64,000 bases of DNA from Lingula anatina (Eukaryota > Animalia > Brachiopoda), in contig CM120641.1 in the NCBI GenBank assembly GCA_051362555.1, positions 24,620,401 to 24,684,400 of the forward strand, in the 5' to 3' direction. The position numbers and the translations under genes were made by a program. Numbering within the stretch: the stretch's first letter is position 1; each line of letters opens with the position of its first letter. Positions 49,633 to 62,052 of this stretch are shown in pieces. Under the pieces are notes generated by a model. It was not told the DNA's origin and ran no database searches. It worked only from the letters and a program-made list of their open reading frames with translations.

Positions 49633-52600
49633 AGCAGATTATAAATGAACAGAGTTGGAAGTGTTGTGGTTGTCAAGTTTTCTCAAATGTAGAGACTGGG
49701 GTAGAGTTAACACTCACCCATTTAGCCAAATGCTAAAAATGACTTCAATTGGCTAAGCAAAAAGGGCTTGATATGACTTGTTTTAGCAAATTATAACCAT
49801 TTGGATAACAAATTGACAAAAAAAGTGGTGATTTGGCTAAGCGAAAAAAATTGCTAGTGCCACCCCAGAGAGACACAATGTTCTTTCTTTTTCTTTCTCT
49901 CCCTCTCTTCCTCCTCTCTCCCTCTCTTTCTGTGACATGACATGGAGGCATTGCAATGACACTCTATACACAAATCTTTTTCATTCTTCTTTATTTTGAG
50001 CAAATGCCTGCTTGGAGCATTGTATTTGTAAGCCCACTCAATCTTGTAACCACTAGAATTTTTTTACCTTTATTTGTGTGAGAAGAGTCGTCAGAGTCTG
50101 GAAGTCCATCAATAGATTTAAAATAACTGTACATATTACAACAGGATGTCTTATAATCTGCATAAACCTTTAGAACAAGTGTTTTTCATGTTTTAGACAA
50201 TAAAATAACACCAAATATACATAATAGGGAATCTACAGTCAAATATTAGATTACAGAGAAAATAGGTTGGCACTCTTTACTCTTCTACATTGGCTGCCTT
50301 GTCAAAATTGATACTTGATAATCTGCAGTCTTTTCATATAATTAGATCAGACGGGAGAAATACGACTTGGATTTCTAACCTCCAGAGAATATGGCTTAAT
50401 TTAACCTTTGAATCATTAAGTTTGCACTTGATTCCTTTGGAGTCTTTCTAATGTGGTTTTCTTGAAATTACCACAAGTATATATTTAAGTTATCAAATCA
50501 TGCACATTTGTCAAGTTAAGTCTGGGTTATATTACAAAAGGAGCACATTTTTTCGCTTTGGCCCTTACTTAAATTGTACTGAATTCACATGAAAAAAAAG
50601 AGCAATGGTACTTACGCTGTGTTTTCATAAATTAACTGTACTGTATTGTTTTAATTATTTTCTTATAACTACGGGCCTTGCTCCTTTGTTTAGCCTAGAA
50701 GATACTAGTATTTGCTTCTCAGAAATTGATATTGCACACTGCATTTGACCTGTGCTCTTGGTTTTATTGTTGAAAAAATGTTTCTTGGACTGGTTCCATA
50801 GAATACTTTCTGGCCGAGAGTTAAGAGTGAAATATTGGCCTTTTACTGACCTTTTTGTTTCAGTTTTATATAAAACAGCCTGATTATGTGACCAGTTTCT
50901 CTATTTAATGTCGGACTTATTTGAGATTTCTTATCCAGATGTTTTACATAAGAAGAAAATATGCTTGTAAAATATGCTGTATAAAATATGCTTGATATGT
51001 TCACAGACATTCCAACAGTCCACTTGGACGAGGACATGAAGACGTTCACATATCAGGCATCTGTTGGGGACAAGAATGGACTACAGCTGAAGTGTGGTAT
51101 CCAGGGTGCCAGGGATATCATATGGAAGAGAAATGGTGTGGATCTAAAGAAATCTACTATAGAAGATGTTGAGGTGAGTTGAGATTTGTTACACCTAACA
51201 CATTATTAAGACTCACTGTCACACGTTTAACACACTGTCACATTTTACACACTATCACATTTAACACTCTTCTGCTGAATAGTAGGCCCCAGTTTTACAA
51301 AGGTACATTAGTCCAAATACTTTTAAAAACTTAAAAGATCTGTGTACATATCAGAATTACTTAATTTGGCTCATCTCAAGCCCAATTCAACCCAAGCTTG
51401 ATCCAGGTAGTCAATCAACAAAAACAAAACAGCATAAAAAAATCTAAACACAATTCAGTTAGTATAGCCCAAAAATTGTATTTTATCTCACAGGTTCTCC
51501 AGGACCACAGCTTGTATATAGGGGCAGTGGGTCTCCACCACATGGGCAACTATAGCTGTCTGGACTGGACATATAAGGGGATTGTACAGACACATGTCCT
51601 TAAGGTCCAAGGTAGATCTTTTATTTCTTTTTGATATAATATTCAAAATGTAAACTACTCCCCCATGGAAAAAAAAAAAGAATTACACACAGTGTAATTT
51701 ATTAATTTTACACAGGTGGTAGAGTATGTAAAAGGGTACAGATTTTAATCCTTTTTATAAGATTCACTTCCACAGATTATAACAAGTACATTGATGTACA
51801 TTTCAACAGCACTATGGTTGATTCTTATAAGTCAAGAAAAATGTTAAAAACTTTAGCTGTATGAGTTTAGACATTTTCAAAGTAATATATTCATACACTT
51901 TTTTGTTCTGAGATAGCTCATATATACCCTTAGTACTGTTATTATATATAGCTATATTTTAGGACTATAAAACAGTGAGAAAAATTATTTCATTTTATCA
52001 AAGTAAAGTATTTTTGCCCATTCTTTGTATTGTATTCATTGAATTGATTTAAAGCACTTGTTTTTTATATATTCTAAATACTATACTTGTTATATTCTGA
52101 TCTAGCTGCCCCAGAGGTACAGGTGACACCATCTACACAGTACTACAGAGCAGGCTCTTCCATTAGTATTAAGTGTCACGCTGACGGTATCCCATCACCT
52201 GTCCTCTCCTGGGAGGTTAACGAGACGCCAATTATACTGGATCCAGAACACAAACATTATGCTACATTTTGTAAGGAGACTTGAGTGTTGTCATTTGCCT
52301 GTGAAAAATAATTTTCATCTATTTAATTGTCGATTTTCCTGGATTAAAACATATTTTGTGCATCTTTTTTTGTTTATAACTTAGATGGCCATAATGCAAA
52401 TGTATTTTGAAATGTTCAAAAGACACATTATTTACTAAATAACATACAATTTTCCCTGTAGTTGTTAGATCCAATCTTATTCTCTTCCAGATAATAACCA
52501 AACCCTACAAATCAGCAAGGCAGATGCCACCAAGGACACAGGAGCCTACAAGTGTCTGGCCAAGAACTCTGCTGGACAGGGACAAGACATAGCCACCATT

Positions 52601-55600
52601 TTTGTAGGAAACTCTGATGAACATTCTTACAGAGGTTTGTATATACTTACTAGTGTGAAATTTGGACCAGATTGTTGAGGGAATCTAGCTGAGATTTGTA
52701 TATACTTGCCAGTCAGGAAACTTGGTGAATTTGAAAGCATCTTATTTCCACCTTAAGCAATCTGCTTCCAAACACAATATGTCACTTAAATATTGTCTCA
52801 CTTAACACAATCTGCTCTCTCACCTAGAAAATACTTTTTCCAGGTAATTTACAGATAACACCTTTTCATACTTTTGCACATCCAAACACAATGCCTCAAC
52901 CAATACAATCTGCACCTTTTTTTTTATCTCACCCAACACATTATACCTTTATCTCACCTAACACAATCTGCTCCTCTTTCCAGGTAACCATCATTATGAA
53001 GTGTTTGTGGTGTTCCACAGTGAGGGCTACCATGTCTTCCACCCAGACTCCTGCTCTCTGGTCCACCTCATCAAGGGAGACTACAAGGAGTTCAAGAAGG
53101 ACGCCATGAACACGGCCACTGTGCCAGAGACCCTGTGCCAGCTTGGTGTCCCCTGCACCTGGGGAGCAGCAGTTAATGTGAAGAATAGATATGTTTATGC
53201 CAGTCAGCCTGAGCTGAACAGGGTGGTGGTGATTGACATAAAGGGTGGATCCAATCCAGTGCAGGTAGGGACTGCTGGATTATTTGTGTGTTGGTTGTGT
53301 TTTGTAAAAAAAAAAATCATCTTCGGCATTTGGCAAAATTGACAAAAGAGGGTGGATTTAATGACATTTCAGAAAGTAAAACTTTTCATATAGTTACTTT
53401 AGTAGTTATTTTTCATGTAGTTACTGTGAGATTGATTGTAGCTGTAAGTTGAAAGAACAGTTATAGATGTTTAACTCCTGGAAATGTCCCTTAGGTAGAA
53501 AGCACTTTGCACCTTGTTAGTGCAACCATGACAAGCTTTCGCTTTTACATAAGATTCTGTGTACCATGTGTTTACTTATCAGTGAGTGCATCGTAAACAC
53601 TTTTTAGTGTGTGTGTTTTCCATATGCCATGTGTTACCCACTAAGTATGTGTCATTGTTCTTTCCATTGACAGGTCATCCCCACAGACTTCACCCCTGTG
53701 GAACTCCAGTATGTGGAACACCTGGATGAGGTGTGGGTGCTGTGCTGGAACTCCAAGGAGAACACCAGTTCCAAGACAGTGGTGGTCATCAGGAAGGCCA
53801 GCGAGGAGGATCCACACCATGCAGTACACACCCGGCCAGTGGGTGACCGGTTTGACCTGGTATGTATGATTTGGACACATTTTCCCTGGTATGTACACAA
53901 TAACTCATCACCCTGTATACATGAGCCTCAGTTGCAGACAAGCTAGACCTGGTCTGTACAACTTAAATTATTATTCTGTACATGAGAAGATTATGAGAAA
54001 TGGGTGCAACCTTGCATGTATATACTTTATGCTCAACCTGTGTAGGTGCATGTAGCAGACCATTTTAAAAATATTTTCATCAGTTTATTGCACTTTTGCT
54101 GTTGAATTAACCCAACTTTGGGAGAGGATAGGGGAGATATAATCGTGAACAAAGATAGATAACATGCCTCTCCATGTTACATCTCTTGCAGGTTCAGAAC
54201 ATCTTCTTGCCCACAAAGAATGACTTCAACCATCACTTTGACTATGGTTATGTGGTTCACAATGAACAGCAGGGTCTACATAAGATTCACCTGAAGACCA
54301 TGAAATATGTCAAGACTGTTGACTTCACAAAATACTCTTGTGTTCCCCAGAACCTGGCTTTTGTTCCTCTAGGTTTGTATTCTTTGGAGTAATTATTTCA
54401 TGTTAGGAAAAAAAGGTTTAAATTTGTGAACTTCAGATATATGTTATAAAAGGACTGAAAGCTTTTAACCCTTCTGTGAATTTTATTCATAATTTAAAAT
54501 CTTTAACCTGTTATATTATAAAACTTCAACTTGATTATTATAATTATTATTGTCATTAGTACTTTTTACACAAATGTATATTTTCATTCAATACATCATG
54601 ATTTATGAAAGTTGTAGATGTAACTATGAGTTGTTTGAAGGACTAGCACAAAAATTTTCAGAGTTGTATATATTTTTACCTTTATGAAGTAAACAAAGGT
54701 TGAGACAGGTGCTGTTTTGTGTGAAATTGATGCAGCAATGTATTGACCAGGCATTAATGTATCTGTTTCCCACCAGGTGGCTACGTAGTTGTAGACTGCA
54801 GATCCCCTGCAGGGAAACCCCCTCAGGAGAAACAGCTCCTCATGGACTACATCACCGATGCTGTCATCAATGAGAGAGATGTCATTGGACAGCCGTACGT
54901 GTCACCAGACAGTAGATACATTGTTAGTGTTGACAACAAGGAGCAGTCCGTGACTATACAGAGAGTCAGTGATGAGGGTATGACCTGATATCTTTATCAG
55001 TTATTTTAGTGAAATGTTTAGATTATGTTTTGTGTGGTTATATTGGATGAATATATTTAAAAAAAATATATTTATAATAATGCAAGTCAGCAAGGTACAT
55101 GTGACTAGCAGGTGTGAAACGTGAGTGGATGTCATATACACCTGACTGACAAGTGTTTTAACTGACTCATACCCTGTGTATCATAGGTGTATTTGAAGTA
55201 CACCATGTCTCGGTCTACCAACAGGTCAAAGTGATCAAGACTTAATGAATTGGTGATTTTAGTGAATGGTTTAGGTTATCCTCAAATACATTATATTGAG
55301 TGAATATTCAAAAATGACCAGTACTTGTACTTTTAAATTGAAAAAGAAATCTGTTGTACCATATAATTATGCTATTACCCAGCGTTTATAGCATTTAATA
55401 CAAAAAAGATTCACAGAACAAAGAGGAAGCATTGGTATTGCTATGTGTTTATGAGCTCTGATTATTATTTTAGGTCAAATCACCTATGGGTTTAAGAGGT
55501 TCACTGGGATGAGGCTAAGTGATGTGGCTTTCTACCCGTCACTTGATGGCAAAGGCTATGACATGTTTGCCACATCTAAAGACCATGCAGACATGTTGTT

Positions 55601-56427
55601 CTTGGACCTTGAAGGCCTGAGGATGGAAGTTATAGAAGGTACTTTTGAAAATGGCTTTAATAGTATTCTGACATACCATATAGTCCTATTTGTGGGTTTA
55701 GATTCAGTTAAACCTCCCTGACAAAGCTTTCAGATTTTTCAACGAACTCTTTCTCTGTAGGTGATTTTTGAAACTGGAACCCCAGTTTTGACACCTTTTA
55801 TCTTCTCTTGTATTGGAGCCACATTTAATTACACTGGATAGGATGGAATGCTGTGTTGTTATATTGTACAAAATGAAGAAAATCATGGGAGTGGGGGGTT
55901 AAGTTAAGCCATTCTGACTGACAGTTGCCGATCTTGTGCCAACCATACAGTCTGCTAGTCAATTTGAATTCCAAGACTACATTCTTTATTATGAAAGTTT
56001 CCCTTCAAAAAATTCTGATGGTCTCAAGGATTTCACATAGAGCTTTAGTGACTGTGAAAAAGGACAATTTATAGAAACATTTGGGTAGCATTGTAAATTA
56101 TATACATATAGTCACTGACAAAAATTTCTTCAAAGTATTCCTTTTTTTACGAAAAAATTATGTAATGAACCAAATTACTAAAAAATGTTCCACTTTGTTA
56201 TGTTATATTTTCACCCAGGTATTGGAGAAACTGCTGCGGAGGATAAGTTTAAGTGGGGCACCAAGAACAGAGTGATCACCAGCGGCGGAGTGTTTGGGGA
56301 TTACTTGATGTCTCCCTCTACAAAAGCAGCGGTGATTATTGATGGTCGAAACCACCATGTGCACTGTGAGTGGCCCAATATTAAGGACAGCGCTGTGGTG
56401 GTGTGGGTGGAGCCAATGCATTTGTGA
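30873..56427 (+). CDS. FSTL5: Follistatin-related protein 4/5-like (signal peptide, FOLN/Kazal, charged insert, EF-hands, 2 Ig domains, beta-propeller), 15 coding exons, about 996 aa
   Basis: Exons 30873-30947, 36562-36709, 37043-37270, 43659-44171, 44605-44814, 51007-51173, 51494-51611, 52106-52270, 52491-52634, 52984-53264, 53674-53859, 54192-54372, 54777-54977, 55474-55638, 56219-56427. All are GT-AG and phase-consistent, 2991 nt in total. Signal peptide MTMKLSWLLVVSCVAVLG. Kazal VCGTNRVWYPSHCELHRQAC. EF-hand YDADLDGVLVESEL. Ig motifs LKCGI..IIWKRNG..HMGNYSC and IKCHADGIP..DTGAYKCLAKN. Propeller motifs CTWGAAVNVKNRYVYASQPELNRVVVID and GQPYVSPDSRY. It is probably co-orthologous to vertebrate FSTL4 and FSTL5. 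Confidence 0.92.
31981..32030. repeat. Small inverted repeat (perfect 15-bp arms, 20-nt spacer)
   Basis: CAGACTTTACGAAAG ... CTTTCGTAAAGTCTG. Confidence 0.85.
46078..46245. mobile_element. MITE with CAGGGGCGGAT-type ends (168 bp, 5-bp TSD TTAAT)
   Basis: TIRs CAGGGGCGGATTCAG / CTAAATCCACCCCTG. TTAAT lies at 46073-46077 and 46246-46250. TGAC(A/C)GTCTTCC is repeated three times internally. Confidence 0.8.
47764..47949. repeat. Near-perfect 91-bp tandem duplication (2 copies)
   Basis: CATTTGCCTTGCAAGAATTC...CAAATAAAA starts at 47764 and 47855. The copies differ by one A in a homopolymer. Confidence 0.95.
49696..49868. mobile_element. MITE family A, copy 2 (173 bp, 5-bp TSD AGAGA)
   Basis: Colinear with 973-1146, sharing ATTTAGCCAAATGCTAAAA and CCATTTGGATAACAAATTGACAAAAAA. 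Ends are CTGGGG...CCCCAG. AGAGA lies at 49691-49695 and 49869-49873. Confidence 0.87.
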
Positions 56428-59400
56428 AGCAGACGACACTTTTGAAGCAGATGACACTTGTCCTGCTGACATTTGGAAGATAGATTCTGACAGGAATTCT
56501 AGAAAAAAAGGGTGTAAATTTTCTGAAAGGAAAGCCAATGCTATCAAAAGAAAGGACTATTCCAGAATTTTTTTCTCTTGACTGAGTGTAGATAGAGATG
56601 CCTTTTAATGGTCACAAATGATCTTCATCAGACATTCGTGTGTTAATGTCTCTAATATTGATGTAATATATAACAAGTATGTATCAGCACTGAGCAAGAC
56701 TAACAAAAGTACCTTCCTTTCCATGGGCTTAGTGACCCTAACCATGATAATACTAAGCCATCACACCAAATACAAACTGCCATATCTGATGCAGTGTCAC
56801 AGCTAACACATTTATACAGTATTTATAGGATAAATATTCCAAGCCAGATAACAAGGAAATTATAATTAAGAAAACTTTCTCAGTCTGTGTTCAAGTAGAT
56901 GTTGTATACGTGAATCACCTTGATGGTTTTATGCTTTAGTAAGGCTCATTTAAGTGAGAAATTACAGAATTAATACCTCCTTGTGACATGTTGAGACATA
57001 AACATGGAGTGAGACATGTTGAGAATTTATATACATATCAAGGTAGGCACACAACGATAGTTTCTTTAGAACATGCTAAACTTACAGTGTGTTGTATGCT
57101 TATATTTATTCTCGTATTTATCGTGTTAAGAAATCCAAAAATTGTCAGGGTTAAAATCCACTCAAGGTTCAGAATTGTGAAATCCAGTTACTGATATTAT
57201 TTGCAGTCTATTTGATTGGTATCTGATAAACCCCTGATATTTCTAAGAGCTGCAAGGGTGTTTTATGTAGGCATCTAGTTCTTCATTAAGACAAGTCACA
57301 AAGCCTTTTGTAATTTCCTTCTTTTTGCAATTATCTGAGAAGATACGTATTTGGAATACCTCCTAATGTTCATCCACAATGAGAATTGATCATGTCTGAT
57401 GTAATGGATTTTCTTTTACTGGTCCTAAAAATGAAGAGAATAAGATCAAAGAGGAGAAAGGATTGGTCAGGATGCTATTCTTTATTGTAGAATGAGAGCT
57501 GTGCATTTTGTAGTGGGAATCGCAATTTGTTGAAGAAATCAGAGTTTAGTCATGGAGTTTGTTTCTAAGCCTGCAATATTTGCTCAAGATGGATATGATG
57601 CTCTCTGTTTCTCATCTTTTCAGGGTTAATCAAGAGAAATCCCATTATTTCCTTCAATTGCAATGAATGGTTTAAGTATGATAATTGAGAGAGACAATTT
57701 ACTTGACTGTTACAGTATATCTTTGTTGTATCTGTGAATGCAGATTTTCATAACCTTACAGAGCATATTGATATTTGCACATAGCTTTGTTTTAGTAAAT
57801 TTGTTTGAACTCTTTAATGTGCTTTAGAGAAGTCAGCTTTCACCCTGTAAGACTTTATACAGTGTAGCTGAGATAGCATAGTGTTTAAGTTGTTATTGGT
57901 CTTTTTTTTTTTCAAAAGGCTTATACATGTATACATGTTTTTTATTGTTTTGTTAACAAAATCTCTACTAGTCGGTGCTTATATTATATTATATCATTAT
58001 TATGATATCTCTATTTTGTAACAGTGGTTTGTGTTCCGAGAGAGACAGAGAGAGCACAATTCATGCCAGGTATGCATTTAAAATTGTACAGTGTAGGATC
58101 AGTGTAGCTATGTAGATGTGTCTGTAGTGTTTTTTATGTGGTGAAGGAGTTGATTATGAGTACTACCTGTCCATGTGTCCTAGGTAGTGGACCAGTAGAT
58201 TTGGCAGTTTTTAAAAGGATTATTCAAAGGATTATTCAAAGGTACGGCAATGACTCAATCTTTTCAGTGGGCAAAAATTATCGATCATTCAGATTCACAA
58301 TTTTAGAATCATAGTAATTATATTTCTGTATAGCATATGTGGTGCTTTTACTGCATAGAGCTATAGGGTAGTGTGCTTTTCAATTTTATTGCTACAACTC
58401 AATAGGAATGAATGTTCTAATTTTAAGATATGATGTTATAGCTTATATATATATAGTATCTGTAAAATTCACAATTTTCCTCCATTGAAAAGATGGAATC
58501 ATCACTGAACTCATTGGATCTTGAAATTTAGGGTGTATTTATTATCTATAAATCTCCTTTTCAATCTGCTTAATTTTGTTTTGGGGTCTTATAGTCCAAA
58601 TGATCAGTGGACTATAACTTTGAAAGTGCAGATTGATTTACCATTGATATTTATGTAGTAGTATTTGTCAGGCACTGGTAAAGAAAACCTTTTGAGTTTT
58701 CAGGTTTTGTATTGATTGCCTTCTGTGTAGACATACTAGACATTTGGTCCTATGTAGGCAAGGAAGTATTGGATTGTGCAGATGTCATGTGACCTCTGAT
58801 ATAAAGGTGAAAGATATCTTGAGAGCTTCTAAATATGTGTGGTAACATGTAGAAAACAAGGGAAATATTCCACTATGTGCTTGTGTAAATGATTTTAGTA
58901 TAGTAACATTTGAAAAAATTTATTTAGTTAATTATGTAGCCTTTCTTCCCACCATACACAATTTTCCTGTTAAACAGGAGGATTAGGAAACTTTAAAATT
59001 GGGAGAATAAATAATTTTCTAGTCAAGAATCATATCACAGAATCGAGAATGAGGCTTTGTTTTAAAAGGTATTGTTTTGATAAATGTTCTCACATTTTGA
59101 AACTTTTATTTTCTAGTATTAGGCCATTCCACAGATTTCCCTGCTGTAAATTCTTTTGTGTACAAATATGTGTTAGCAGGCATTTCATTTTTTCTACTCT
59201 AATTGTTTGCATTATTTTGAGAAAAATGGTTGTCTTTCCACTCTTTTATAAGAACTAGTGGGGCAAATTAGGCCAGAAAGGGAAAACACTGTGGAGTGGC
59301 CATAAAGAGATATAAATTTAGATATTATCAATTTCTTTTTAAAGATGTGAATGCTATGTATTGTACATTTATTTACCCCAAAATGTAAAGTCCCAGTATG

Positions 59401-59789
59401 TAATTTTTTTATGGGTCACTTCTTATCACCTAGAGCCTGTGTCTCAAATTTTGACTGATGTGATTTTAGGTGTCAGACTGGAGACATATCCCACCTTTAA
59501 ATGGCCAAAATAATATGTACCACCAATAACTGCCATATCCCTATGATCGTTTTACTAGGCATAATTTTACTAACAGCTTTTTTTAACCATTTAGTTTTAA
59601 AAGCCATATTATACTTAAATACATGTATATGTGATACCAAGTAATATTGGTGCTTGTGTTGTTGGATTGAAGCTTTTTGTACCAGATTTAGAATTTTATT
59701 TAATTTGTGGTGAGATTTACCTGTACATGATGTGTCAGTATGTATGTATGTATATGTATGGTCTATCTGTAAGATGTATTTCTGTTCAC

Positions 59790-59795
59790 AATAAA
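59790..59795 (+). terminator. Candidate polyadenylation signal ending a roughly 3.4-kb FSTL 3' UTR
   Basis: AATAAA followed by a TG/T-rich tract. Strand composition switches from T/G-rich to A/C-rich shortly after. Confidence 0.5.
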
Positions 59796-62052
59796 TGTGT
59801 TCTCTGTACCTCTTTTAGTTAGTTTTTCAGATCGGGGTTTCATGTAAGTTTATATCTTTAACTCTAAAACATTCTGGGATAATTGTATATAACATAAAGT
59901 ATTCAGTCAAGCTGTAAACAAGTTAAAATAAAATTGGTTGCAGACAGGTTATAATTTATTGGATTGACAGTGATACTGATTATGATATTTGTTAGAAAAA
60001 AAAGTTTGTGGCAATTTAAGAAAGATATGGGTGTCAGATGCCAGTTTTTACCCATTCTAAAAAATAATATAAATAGAAACACTGCTATAAAGAGGAATAT
60101 AATATTATTATCATAAAATAGGATATGCAGTAAATTACTGCGGGCATGAAAAGTGCAATCCATAGTTTCCTAATGAGTGTAGAAAGACAACTATTGAAAA
60201 ATCAAACTAAATCCTTAAATATAAGTGTATCACATATAATAAAATGACATTATAATAATTCTTAGCTACATCATGTAGTTGTAGAACTCTCAAAAAGCAC
60301 CTGATGTTGCATTTTTATTAGGATTAGGCACAGAGTTTACTAATTTGTAAGGACCCCCCCCTCCCAATCTCCCTAGAATATTTCCCCATCTTGAAGCTCT
60401 CGTACATAATCTACCAACTTTATAACCCCCTTTTTTTCATACATAAAAAATAAATAAATCCTCCAAAGGGAACAATTTGGTTCCCAGATCATACTCAAAA
60501 AACTAAACATTGAAAAAGTGACCCAGTGACTGGATTACAATGCTTCTATCTACAGACCTATGTAAAACTATATTATTAAGCTTAATTTATTATTAACAAT
60601 TATTCTATTTATTTTATTTGTATATTGCCCACCTCATCTTTGCTGATCACATTGCTAAGTTAGTCACTATGATATGTTTACATGCAAGTAAAAGTACATA
60701 TAGTTTTAACTGATCAAAGAAACATTAAATATTTCTTCTGGGACCTGTTTTAATAACAATACTTCATGTAAATTTAAAACTTATTCATCCTCTCTGTAGG
60801 GAATTCTTAAAATTTCTGCCAGGGCATTGTGCCCACAGAGGAATGTCTTTTTACTGCATAATTACCAGTTCACTGATATGTTTACATAAACTAGCAAACC
60901 AACTACATGTAATCTAAATATCTCGCAAATTTCGTTTATCAACCAGTGATTATACTATAAATGAAACCTGGAAATTCCATAAAAAATTCCTACACGCCTT
61001 TATAAAGATTCCTTAAAAAGGGATTTTCAGCACAAAAAAGCTGTGCATCAACACCAATGGCCAGTTCTATGCTTGTTTTGCCAGCTAGCAAATACTTGTA
61101 AATAAAATAAACAGTTCAAAAACATTACAACATCTAGGAGAGAAACTATGTGGCACATATACTGCAGGGAGTATTCAACTTGATATCAAGACTTTTACAT
61201 ATACAAACCGTATCATTTTCCTTGTACCATATATTCATAAAAAGCTGTACGACACAATAACTGATGTACAAAAAGAAAAAAAATCATAACAAAGGTAAAG
61301 TGCCACGCCATGATACAATATGAAGGCAAAATTACACTTAAAATGGATTAAATAAGATATAATCACGATTTGGAATATTTATCTGCAACAGACTACAGTA
61401 CAAGGTATAACATACAGATTGTCACACAATGTTAAAATTAACCAATCTTTGGAAGAAAAAAGCACACACTAATTCAAGTATAGTAATAACAGAAGGTAAT
61501 AAAAAATTAAGAAAAAAAAAAACGATAAGTCAACAAAAGTAGGAGATCTAGTCTTGTTCTTTCTACTGCAACAGAGAAGCTCATTTATCTACAATTCGTT
61601 CTTAGATGGACGGACATGTTATTCTAAATAAGGTTACAGTTACTGAAACCACATCATTCAAAAATGACTAGCACTTTGGAATGGACCCATGACACTGATT
61701 TATAACATTTAACTAACATCCTATAAAAGCCATATATATCTTTTCAGTTCTATACATTTTACAAGGGACCTTAGCCATGTTTTACATGGGACCTAAGCCA
61801 CATTTCGGATTTATGTACATTGACACCAAAACAACATTTTCCAGTTACTAAAAAGCAGCAGAAAAGAAAATGTTTTTCAAACAGAGTATTTTTGCTAATG
61901 TTATTTCCTAACTTGAAACCATCCCTATGTGACTGGACTAAAGCATCAAGCAGTAGGTGAAAGGAAAGAAGTGAGTCCCAGAAGTGATCAGTAGCATCCC
62001 ACCGCTGCCACCTAATGTAACAACTGAGTGACTGAGGAATGACAGAAGGTGA

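Noticed and set aside
31000-50900. Nested genes or known miRNAs in the long FSTL introns (e.g. ORFs 35039-35389, 45116-45463, 47016-47342)
   Set aside because: The ORFs have AT-rich intron-like composition, no domains and no consistent splice chain. I recognised no conserved miRNA mature sequence by eye, although a miRBase/MirGeneDB search was not possible.
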